NCBI GenBank assembly: GCA_030141605.1
Contig: JAQGDQ010000916.1
Span: 29,553-80,700 of the forward strand
Source: Tubiluchus corallicola
Taxonomy: Eukaryota > Animalia > Priapulida
Reading direction: 5' to 3'
DNA length: 51,148 nucleotides
Shown in pieces: positions 37,364-48,441 of this stretch. Position numbers and translations under genes: made by a program. The first letter of the stretch is position 1; each line of letters begins with the position of its first letter. The notes beneath the pieces were generated by a model. It searched no databases, was not told the DNA's origin, and was given only the letters and a program-made list of their open reading frames with translations.

Positions 37364-37622
37364 GTAATCAATCACCGTTCTTTCACTTTTCTTCAAATTA
37401 GATGAGCTTTGCAAGAATTTCTAGGCTAGGATAGATTTTTGTACAATTTGGCACCCACTCGTTCATCGATCAGGTTTACATTGTTTAACTTCCAGCTTGC
37501 TAAACTCGTACAGTAAACGCTCGATTATTAGTCTCGACTAACACTAGTCCCGTATTGGTCTCACGCATTGCAGTGTTTTAAAAGTGTTTTTGCCGATGAT
37601 TTATTCCTTTTTTGTGCTATAG

Positions 37623-37766
37623 GTGACGCTGCCGTCAAGCCCGCACCTCCCGACGTAGTAGCCGCTGTGATTGCGGAAGCGCAGCGGAAGTATAATCTCC
37701 GGGCAGCCGGAACCGAAACGGGAGAAATCACGGCACCGGATGGTGGCAGTGCACCTGGTTTGTCCA
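37623..37766 (+). CDS. GOLGA3: GOLGA3-like exon (GDAAVKPAPPDVVAAVIAEAQRK...PGLS)
   Basis: Acceptor gctatag, donor gtatgt; phase 1/1. Confidence 0.8.
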
Positions 37767-37876
37767 GTATGTTCAGATCTTGGCATTTTGCCAGTAAAGT
37801 AAATTATGACTCGTAGAGTAGTAATGTTGTTTTAGCTTTAAGTGATGGTGGGTTATTCAGTAATTTGCGTGTACAC

Positions 37877-38235
37877 TAGGGGGTGAGTATCGAACGTTCA
37901 AATTCGATTCGAACAAGTTTTCTTAGTCCGAATTCGATTCAAACCTAAAATTATAGATTCGAATAATTCAGCACTTCAGCCACATACGTTTCTTATCATT
38001 AAAACGTTCGAAAACAGCAATGCACTTAGCGCAATTTAGCTGTGATTCCTGTGCAAATTTTTTAACAAACTAATAGTGATTTTACTGCATAAAAAATCGG
38101 GCAATATGCACGATCTTTGTAAGACCACTTTTTACCAGCGGTCCGAAAATTTGTTGGAAAATCTTTCAAACTCAATTCGGATTCGAAATACTGAAATTCG
38201 GTTCGATTCGAATTCGAAAGTCACAAATCCAGTAG
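37877..38235. mobile_element. hAT-like MITE family E copy 2 (inverted, diverged)
   Basis: Reverse-complement similarity to 10259-10654. Confidence 0.8.
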
Positions 38236-38856
38236 ATGGCTCTTGTTCTTAAATCCGTGTTTAAATCCAGTAGATCTGGGCTTGGCAACAGAAAAAACCC
38301 AAAGCAAAATGGCTGCTTCCATGAGCTGCTATCGGAGTTTGAAAATATCAGCTTTTTGCAATTGCAGTACTTGTTTCTAGCCAGGAAGGTGGATATGTGT
38401 TTATAAATTTGGATTTTTAGTATTATAGAATTCTTTGTTGATAATTTCATGTTAGAATATAGTTACTGTTTGCTTTTATAAAAAACAAAAATTGACATTT
38501 GACCAAAATTTGGATGCATTTTCCTTTGAAGCACAATAACGTAGTTTTAACTATGCCGACTTACAGACAATTATTATCACAATTATACAAACATTATTTG
38601 CTGCTCTGTTTTCATCGTCATTGTCGTCATAATTGCTATTCCTGCTGTAATCATCATCACCATCATCATCATAATCGTCGTCTTCGTCATCGCCGTCGTC
38701 ATCATTATCCTTCTCCTCCTCATTTATTAATTTAAACTAAAAATTTACAAACTTCCCTCTATTTGTAGGCATAGATACGTCGTGAACTATGAAATTATAA
38801 TAACACTTAATAGTCATTATCTTTTATAACGTAGTTTTAACTATGCTGACTTACAG

Positions 38857-39119
38857 ACGGCTTTGACTTGCAATCACACATTAGTAGCCCAACCGTTTCA
38901 AAATCTCCGTTTCCGTTTCCAGCCTCGTTGCCGTCTCAGTCATCCGACAGACAATCGTCCTCCGCAGAACCTAAGACCAAGAAGTCCAGGAAGTCGCAGA
39001 AGCGCAAGTGGCTGGAAAGAGCAAAGGAGCTCGACCGCGACATGGAACAGGTCGACACGGCACAGGAGATGGACACGGATGCTGCAAGTCTTGTTGTTAA
39101 TGTTTCAGGCAGTTCACAG
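38857..39119 (+). CDS. GOLGA3: GOLGA3-like exon (NGFDLQSHISSP...KKSRKSQKRKWLERAK...SSQ)
   Basis: Acceptor cttacag, donor gtatta; phase 1 in and 0 out. Confidence 0.82.
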
Positions 39120-39130
39120 GTATTAATTAT

Positions 39131-39836
<706 letters not shown>

Positions 39837-40082
39837 TATATATTTATTTATTTACTTTATGTCGATTGAAGTCTTACATGTAAAAAGGCAGTACGTAAGT
39901 GATATAAAATTTCTAGACGAAGTTTTTAAGATTTACGTTTATGGGAGGATTTTCTTGTGCTTTAACTGATCTGATAAATATCTCAATTGAAAAATTCAAT
40001 GTACATGAACATTGGTTATAATGCGAGCAGGCACTCGTTGTGATGTAACATTGGTTCACATATTCACGCGATTTTTTAATAG

Positions 40083-40220
40083 GTTCTTGATCTAAGCGGT
40101 GCGTCTTCGTCGTTGGAACAAAGCTACAATACGGCACGCAGCCACCAGGGGGACGACACGCTCGAAGCCGCCTCTGTGTCGTCTTTAGTCTCCAGCGACG
40201 AAAACATGTCTAGTCTTAAG
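40083..40220 (+). CDS. GOLGA3: GOLGA3-like exon (VLDLSGASSSLEQ...ENMSSLK)
   Basis: Acceptor ttaatag, donor gtaaat; phase 0/0. Confidence 0.82.
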
Positions 40221-40706
40221 GTAAATATTTTGGTGAAATTTTGCGGTGTTACAGAGCTTGGGCTTTACTTAATTATGCATTAGTCTGTGCATTGAGTGAT
40301 TTACTAACTATAAATGCCACGTACGTGTGTGGTAAAGCAAAGCCGTCTGCCGCATCAGCTCAGCAACTTCAGTTGTTTTACATGGCTTTACTTAATTATG
40401 CATTAGTCTGTGTGTAGAGTGATTTACTAGCAGGATCTTGCTTGGGAACAAGAAAAAATGAACTAGGTAAGGTTCTAGCTAGCTGTTAAAACTGTTACTA
40501 TTACAGTAGCATGAGCTGTGAGGCATTGTCAAGTGTACATAAATGCGTCGTCCGGTACACTTGACCTTTGACCTTTTGCACGATCATCATCAATCGCTAA
40601 TGTCAGCTTTTGGTAGAGTTACTAAAAAGTCAGTGAAAAAGAAAAAACACTGAAAAGAGGTCGATGTATGAAATGTATTCTCTTTCATTTTCACGTCTGG
40701 TTACAG

Positions 40707-41277
40707 GATCTCACGGCGGATATTCCACATGGAGGTTACGTTCCGCCAACAAGAGAACAGCTGTTGTCTCGACCGCATTCTCCGCCTGTCAAGGACAGCG
40801 GACCTTACGCGGATTTTGTCACGTCCACGCCACGTGTGGAGAAAAGCTCGCAGGAGTCCTCCGCTTACCATACTGCGGAGAAAGCTTCCACTTCCTCTCC
40901 GCTTTCCGTCTTTGCTTCCACCGGAGCCGCCGGATTGTCGGACGAGTACTACAATCTCCTGCGAGAGAAATCTCACCTGGAGGGACGTCTCGAAGCCGTC
41001 CTGGGGGAGGCGAAAACCGCCCTCCACGAGAAGATGGAGTTGACGGCGGAGGTGGGGAAGCTGCGCGCCTCCCTCCGCGAGAAGTCCGGCACCGCCCACG
41101 TTGCCGTCAACGAAAAGAACGTCGCCGTCGCCGATCTGGAGGGACTGAAGCAGAACCGCGAGCAGCTGGAACGTTCGCTGCTCGGCCTCCAGGGGGCTCT
41201 GGAGGACAAAACCGACGAGATGAAGATATTGACGGAGGAGCTAAAGGTTTCCCAGGAGTCTGCGGAATCGTTGCAGA
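40707..41277 (+). CDS. GOLGA3: GOLGA3-like exon, start of coiled coil
   Basis: LREKSHLEGRLEAVLGEAKTALHEKMEL matches recalled golgin-160 LKEKMRLEGQLEALSLEASQALKEKAEL; donor gtatgt, phase 1. Confidence 0.9.
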
Positions 41278-41325
41278 GTATGTGTAAATTATCGTTATTC
41301 GTTTATATCACGTTTTTAGATACGT

Positions 41326-41618
41326 ATAATATAATATAATATAATATAATATAATATAATATAATATAATATAACATAACATAACATAACATAACATAAC
41401 ATCACATCACATCACATCACATCACATCACATCACATCACATCACATCACATCACATCACATCACATCACATCACATCACATCACATCACATCACATCAC
41501 ATCACATCACATCACATCACATCACATCACATCACATCACCACACCACACCACACCACACCACACCACACCACACCACACCACACAACACAACACAACAC
41601 AACATAATATAATAACAT
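41326..41618. repeat. Compound pentanucleotide microsatellite
   Basis: (ATAAT)n-(ATAAC)n-(ATCAC)n-(CACAC)n-(AACAC)n. Confidence 0.95.
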
Positions 41619-42241
41619 CTATATGTGCGTATAATCCTCTTTGCAACAGACTTTATAATGAATTACGGGCGCAACTGAGTATTTTTGCTCCCCGGTTCGT
41701 TTTAGTATAAAACAATATTTTTGTATTTGTATTTCTAAAAAAATCAGTGTTTAACATATAAAACAACTGTATACAACAATATTTGTGGTTATGTATAGTA
41801 TAGTATTTATCTATTGACAGCAAATCACAACGTACATAGATTAGCGTGGGGCCCCGATGCTCGCGGGAGCCCCGGCAACTGCCTAACATGCGCCCAAGCG
41901 TTAAGACAGCCCTGTCTCTTGTGACTACAAGCTTTTTTATGAACCATAACTGGAAGTGATAGAAAAGTCGGGGAAAGTGACGAAAATGGGACAAAAAGTC
42001 ACGGAAATTGGAAAGGGTTGCAAAAATAATCACTTAGAGCCGATATTTTTTCAAAACTATTTTTCAGTGATTCGTGTTCAAATAAATTTTGCTATGACAG
42101 GTTCACAATTTCGATTTCTCTTCCAAAAATAATGATTGGCCGACACATTATATATCAGTATATGTATCTTTTGCTTACCGTAATCTTGATCTATCATTTA
42201 TCTCAAAAAATAGAGAAGTCAACTGATTTTTGTCGTTTCAG

Positions 42242-42377
42242 CCAAAGCCGACGAGTTGAAACTTGATTTACAAGCCAGGGAAGGTGTGATCAAAGACCTG
42301 AAGGAAAAGATTGCAGAGCTTCATGTTGAACTTCAGACTGCTCTACAGGAGAAAACTCAAGCTGCGAATAATTACAG
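42242..42377 (+). CDS. GOLGA3: GOLGA3-like exon (TKADELKLDLQAREGVIKDLKEK...AANNY)
   Basis: Acceptor gtttcag, donor gtaggt; phase 1 in and 2 out; coiled coil. Confidence 0.88.
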
Positions 42378-42528
42378 GTAGGTACAGGTAGGCGAATAAT
42401 TACAGGTAGGTACAGGTAGGCCAATAATTACAGGTAGGTACAGGTAGGCGAATAATTACAGGTAGGTGCAGGTAGGCGAATAATTACAGGTAGGTACAGG
42501 TAGGCCAATAATTACAGGTAGGTGCAGG
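42364..42528. repeat. 28-bp tandem array (6 copies) duplicating the exon end and donor
   Basis: Unit GCGAATAATTACAG|gtaggtacaggtag. Confidence 0.95.
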
Positions 42529-42995
42529 GATGAGAATTTTCCGCAGATACGCGGAATTTTGAATTTTTGGAAGACCAGTAGTGCCATTTTTGTAAATCGC
42601 ATAAATTCGTTGAGAAAATTTTTACGGACCCAGTACATTATTTCACAAGCTGACCGCTAGTTGGCAGGCCATCACTTTGTTTACATCACGTACATCAGTG
42701 TAACCACGTGTATATCTCTATGTATAAAAATATAGAATCAATTGTGTGGAGTTATTTGAGTCAATTGCAGACAGTTTTTATATACTTTTGCATAGGAGCG
42801 GCCAGTACTTAGGTGTTTTTGAGACAATTAGGTATCATGTATCCTTGATAGTTGGATATTTTAAATTATGCATGAAACAAGGTAATTGATATTTTAAGTC
42901 CACTTAGAGGCTCTCTATGGTCACAAAATTGCAATTTGTTGCTGGCTCCAAGGGTGCTTAGCCCTCCCCCCCCTGTGAGGGAGTACAATCATTCT
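42525..42995. mobile_element. CAGGGATGAGAAT-TIR MITE copy 2 (inverted relative to 21171)
   Basis: Near-continuous reverse-complement match to 21250-21647; followed by an inverted partial copy at ~42997-43130. Confidence 0.85.
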
Positions 42996-43185
42996 CCTAA
43001 TTGTCTCAAAAACGCCTAGTACGAGGCCGCTCCTGACGTACAAGCTACACACGTGTCGTTACACGCTGTTTGGTTACAATAATGTAACGATGTAAACAAA
43101 GTGACGGCCCGCCAACTAGCGGTCAGCTCGCGAGACTGTATTCGTAGTTTTCGGGACTTTGTCCATAAACATTTCGTCGGTCTAG

Positions 43186-43318
43186 GTCGTCAAAGAACGA
43201 GATTGCTTCATTGCTCAGCGCTAGGGACTGGTATAAGCAGCAGCTACAGTCGGCTCAGGACACTCGAAGCAAGTTACAACAGGAACTGGCCCAAGTGCAG
43301 ACCAATGCTGTCGTACAG
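43186..43318 (+). CDS. GOLGA3: GOLGA3-like exon (SSKNEIASLLSARDWYKQQLQSAQDTRSKLQQELAQVQTNAVVQ)
   Basis: Matches recalled golgin-160 WYQQQLALAQEARVRLQGEMAHIQ; phase 2 in and 0 out. Confidence 0.9.
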
Positions 43319-44034
43319 GTGAAGTAATTAAGCGTAAACCAATGCTGTCGTACAGGTGAAGTAATGAATTGACTAATATTATTGTAATATTATACTTACG
43401 CTACGCAAGTCAAGCAATCATTGATTTTGGATTCGATATTGGGTGGGCGGGGGTGGTGTCATAAGCGACAGCCTAAAACCTTGCCCGAATCATGCTGGTT
43501 TTTGTAGTCCACTACAGACGTAGTCAAATGTCCTAAAAAGTACCATTTTGGCCACCATTTTGGGGGTCAGTGAACTAATTAGCATTAACCACGATCATGC
43601 TGTTTGTTAATTCATGCACCGTGAGCATTTAGCAATTGCTATTTTAGACTCCATCGTGGTCGCCATATGTCGTGCTCGGGCCATATGCCGTGCTCGGGGC
43701 CGTACTAGCAGACATACAGACCAGGCATACCTTACAGGATGGCTTCATTAGTGGGAAACTAATTTAATTCTACCATATACATCATGTCAGTTATAACAGA
43801 AACTGTCGATTTCAGAACCATGATGCTGCCATTTTGTCACCGAATTCTCGTAAACAAGGCGCACTGTTTGCTAATTTATGTGCCCTTTGCAGCCATTACT
43901 GTTTGAATAAATCAACACAGTTCTTTTGTTTTTTGTCATTATCTTTGTGAAGTTCATAGCATCCTGCTGAACACTGAACATTTTCTGCTAACGAATTGAA
44001 ATGGTAAATTTTTTCATGGAAATCGTTAACTTAA

Positions 44035-44641
44035 CCCTTATAGAGTAACGATTTATTACAACTGATTTTAGTAACGGGGGGGGGGGGGTAACAAATTACC
44101 CCCACCATAATTCGTAAATTACTTTTGATAAACCGCCGTGTTTCATTAGTAAACAGCAACAGCATAATTTGTGGTTATGCTGGTCACCATAGAGTACATT
44201 ATACCTCTGCTTAAAGACATGTTACTTACTAGTGATACGAAATTTAAATTCACTTAGTTACCTTCCCTTGTCTATGCTGGATTAACTGTAGACAACCGAC
44301 ATTGCTAGTGCGTGCAAAAATCATTGTTATTTTGAATTTATTGTCTACTACTTTCTTCTTTTAGGTGGAGTAATTAATGTATAGACATTAATAATGTATA
44401 ATGTACAGAGAAGTTATAATGTAACAGAGATGTACAGAGACATATAATGTAAAGTTTCTACAATTTTAAAAAATCGATATATTGCATTTTCACTTTTATT
44501 TCGTGGTGAGACAATGCACCTAAAATAAATAACTGAAAGTATTTTGTGCACAAAACATATTTAGAAAAAGTCATAGAAAAGGTTTACTGGGATGCGTATG
44601 GTATGCTTTTTACCCCCCTCCCCCCCGGTGACCCATAAGGA
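44035..44641. mobile_element. piggyBac-like MITE (second family)
   Basis: TTAA|cccttat ... ataagga|TTAA. Confidence 0.7.
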
Positions 44642-44667
44642 TTAACTGATTGATCGGTCGATTGTAG

Positions 44668-44823
44668 GGCAGTCTGGTTGAAAAGCTGCGTTCCGAAAAC
44701 GCTCAAGTTCGACAGCAGCTCATCGACAGTCAGCAGCGGTCAGTGCAGGACAAGGAGGCGTTGGCCAGACACTTGGAAACCATCGAGGCGGACATTATGG
44801 AGAGGGAAGCAGCTTTCGAGCAG
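44668..44823 (+). CDS. GOLGA3: GOLGA3-like exon (GSLVEKLRSEN...LETIEADIMEREAAFEQ)
   Basis: Matches recalled golgin-160 LQGIEADMLDQEAAFMQ; phase 0/0. Confidence 0.9.
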
Positions 44824-45309
44824 GTAAATCGAAATACGTGGCTTCGTTTGGGGGCGTATTCGAGATGGCAGTGCTTCCCTTTTATGAAAGAATGTTTGCC
44901 TTATTTTTTTGATGTAAATTTTTCAAAAAAAACCCAGCTTTTCTGAGTCTGAAGAACTTTTTCTGCGTTACGAAGTGTATTATTTGCTTGCGGAGCATCT
45001 TGGTTCAAATCAGCAGAAGAACGAAGTTTTTTTCTGTTTATTTTACAGAAAATTTACCTTTTTTTTTTACTTGCTACATCCCATCTTGTGCCCTGTGAGA
45101 GACTACTACTTCATGATGCCCAAAGTCAAAAATTTCATGTTTGAGTAGCTTTATTACGTTTTATCTGTAAGAAAAGTCATAACAAAATATAACAAACTAA
45201 TTTGAGCCAAAAAGGAAACAAAGAAATTAATAATAAAGTGAGACTGAATAATCAAAATAAACTTGCATCATGGCTCTACTACTCTTGACAAATGAATGGT
45301 TTAACTGAG

Positions 45310-45382
45310 ACAAACAACAACAACAACAACAACAACAACAAGAACGACAACAACGACAACAACGACAACAACGACATCAACG

Positions 45383-45419
<37 letters not shown>

Positions 45420-45426
45420 AAACAAC
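45310..45426. repeat. (AAC)n microsatellite
   Basis: Direct. Confidence 0.9.
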
Positions 45427-45817
45427 TCTCTTAGCCAAGAACTGACTACCAACAGACCAGGTAAACTAGCTCTGTCAGTAGAGCATGACAGAAAGAAGCC
45501 AAGTCAAGACATACATACATGAATGCAGTTAAAGGACAGTATAGGGGGGTTTACAGAATAAGAGAACACTGAAGTACAACCTAATATCCTTCACACGCCC
45601 ACTTCTAATCCTAGCCAAGACATTTCTTTCAAATTTCTTGTCACCCACGTTAAAATATTCGGCTTTTTCACCCACAGAAACCATTTCCGTATACCTACAT
45701 ATTGAGTTGCAAAATAAGTCGGCAATTTTGGACGCCTTTTTTTGACACAACATGTACTTTTTTAAACAAAATTCACTAATTTCTTTCGTATATTTCAACT
45801 GTCTACTGCTGCGGCAG

Positions 45818-45961
45818 GTCGCAAAAGAGAAGACGCACACGGAGGAGTCGATTAAAACGAAACTGAAATCGGCGGAGGACGAGCGGATGAAGTTCTCCAC
45901 GCTAATCGCCAAGACGGCGGATCTGGAACATCAGTTAGACGTGGCAAATAACGAACTCAAG
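45818..45961 (+). CDS. GOLGA3: GOLGA3-like exon (VAKEKTHTEESIK...VANNELK)
   Basis: Acceptor gcggcag, donor gtgggt; phase 0/0. Confidence 0.87.
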
Positions 45962-46493
45962 GTGGGTCGGATTTCTAGTGCGAGTCGGTTTACGTTTCCC
46001 TACAAATTTTAGCATGTTGGTTATTTTTGGTCATTTTTTGCAAAAGTTAAGTCAGAGAGGAGTATCGACGAGTTAATTAGATGTCCCATTTTTGGCAATT
46101 TTCGCTTGGAAAACTACTGACGCAAAGCCATTGTTCTGAAGTCATCCATTATACTCTGCCTATAGCTTTAATTCAGTAAAAGCTGCGGCTGGCTTTGCGT
46201 TATAAATGAGGACTAAGTAGGATGTTCGCGTATTTTTGATTATAAGTGTACTTATACGCAAAATTTTTTGCGCGGCCTTTGCTAGTGTATTAATAATGTT
46301 TTTAATACACCACAAGTAATTGTTTGATCTACTCATTACATAAACAACCATAAATTCACAGTAGAGCTGTGCTGTACTCTGGTGATATAACAGAATATTG
46401 GTTATCTTGTATCAGAGGGACATGGTCATGTATCTAGTCACGTAAGCTAACTGCATATCTGAACGTGTGCTGCATGATTACTTGTTTCTACAG

Positions 46494-46661
46494 ATGAATG
46501 AAGGTTCGGTGGCATTGCTGGAAACGCAGCAGAAAGAGTTGTTCACCAGGCTTGCACAATCGCACGAGGCGCTCGCTCAGCGTGATCTACAACTGAGTGA
46601 ACTGGAGCAACGGTACATAGAGACCGAGACGAAACTGAAAACTCTACAGAAAGATGTAAAG
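46494..46661 (+). CDS. GOLGA3: GOLGA3-like exon (MNEGSVALLETQQKEL...LQKDVK)
   Basis: Acceptor ttctacag, donor gtgagt; phase 0/0. Confidence 0.88.
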
Positions 46662-47830
46662 GTGAGTGCTTACAGTATTTACAGTTTAATGCTATTCTGT
46701 GAGTGCTGCAGTTGGTCCTCTAAGGATGTTTACAGTATTTACAGTTTAATGCTGTTCTGTGAGCGCTGCAGTTGGCCCTTTAAGGATGCTTACAGTATTT
46801 ACAGTTTAATGCTGTTCTGTGAGCACTGCAGTTAGTCCTTTAAGGATGTTTACAGTATTTACAGTTTAATACTGTTCTGTGAGTGCTGCAGTTAGTCCTT
46901 TAAGGATGCTTACAGTATTTACAGTTTAATACTGTTCTGTGAGCACTGCAGTTGGCCCTTTAAGGATGCTTACAGTATTTACAGTTTAATACTGTTCTGT
47001 GAGCTATGCAGTTAGTCCTTTAAGGATGTTTACAGTATTTACAGTTTAATACTGTTCTGTGAGTGCTGCAGTTAGTCCTTTAAGGATGTTTACAGTATTT
47101 ACAGTTTAATACTGTTCTGTGAGCACTGCAGTTGGTTCTTTAAGGATGTTTGCAGTATTTACAGTTTAATACTACTCTGTGAGCACTGCAGTTGGTCCTT
47201 TAAGGATGTTTGCAGTATTTACAGTTTAATACTGTTCTGTGAGCACTGCAGTTGGTCCTTTAAGGATGTTTGCAGTATTTACAGTTTAATGCTGTTCTGT
47301 GAGCGCTGCAGTTGGTCTTTTAAGAATGTTTGCAGTATTTACAGTTTAATGGTGTTCTGTGAGCACTGCAGTTGGTCCTTTAAGGATGTTTACAGTATTT
47401 ACAGTTTAATACTGTTCTGTGAGTGCTGCAGTTGGTCCTTTAAGGATGTTTACAGTATTTACAGTTTAATACTGTTCTGTGCACTCTACGATCAGACCTC
47501 TAAGGATGTTTACAGTATTTACAGTTTAATACTGTTCTATGAGCACTGCAGTTGGTCCTTTAAGGATGTTTACAGTATTTACAGTTTAATACTGTTCTGT
47601 GAGCACTGCAGTTGGTCCTTTAAGGATGTTTACAGTATTTACAGTTCACTACTGTTCTGAGAGCTTTATTATTGGCTCTAAGCGTGTTTACAGTATTTAC
47701 AGTTTAATACTGTTCTATGAGCACTGCAGTTGGTCCTTTAAGGATGTTTACAGTATTTACAGTTTGCTACTGTTCTGAGAGCTTTACTATTTGCTCTAAG
47801 GATGTTTACAGTATTTACAGTTCACTACAG
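46662..47830. repeat. 60-bp tandem array (~19 copies) filling the intron from the donor
   Basis: Unit tacagtatttacagtttaatactgttctgtgagcactgcagttggtcctttaaggatgtt. Confidence 0.96.
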
Positions 47831-47902
47831 TACACGTTAAGCCATCATTCAGCTTCCAAACGTAGGCGTATTGTTTACTGTTATTGTTTTTGTTTACTTC
47901 AG

Positions 47903-48061
47903 GCTCGGGATGAAGATGTTTTCCAGCTGAAACAGGAAAAGTCCTCCTTGGAGGTGAAACTGACCTCCGCACTGGAAGAGAAGAAGGAATTTGATTTGAC
48001 GTTGCAGAAATTGCAGGCCGACATGAGCCGAGTGGAGCAGAGCTTCAGGCAAATGAGACAG
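47903..48061 (+). CDS. GOLGA3: GOLGA3-like exon (ARDEDVFQLKQEKSSLEVKL...FRQMRQ); gene continues beyond window
   Basis: Acceptor acttcag, donor gtaggc; phase 0/0; resembles recalled SREDTICLLQNEKIILEAAL. Confidence 0.88.
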
Positions 48062-48441
48062 GTAGGCGTTACCGTGGCAACAAGGAAAATTTGAATTCGC
48101 ATGTATCGTTCTTTTTAATCTAGTTGAATTTAATATCATCTGAAGAGAATTAGAATTGTGTATAAGTTTAGCATGGGGTAATAAAGTATGATTGAATTAC
48201 AGTACTGATTTTAAACAAGCATGGGGTAATAAAGTATGATTGAATTGAGTAATAATTGGTTTAAATAAAGCAAATGTTGCTGCAGAAAAATTAAAATGAC
48301 ATCAGTATTCTTATAGTTTCAGAATTAAACCAAATGTGTATATTTGGGCCACTTAGCTTGTCATTACAATAAGTTCTCGCTGCTAATTGCAAGTTTCTGG
48401 TTTAAAAAAAATTTCAAATTTAAAGGTTCCTTTCAAGGTCC

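Noticed and set aside
46662-47660. Cys-rich repeat ORFs (FCEHCSWSFKDVYSIYSL)
   Set aside because: 60-bp intronic array with stops in several units; flanking exons join in phase without it
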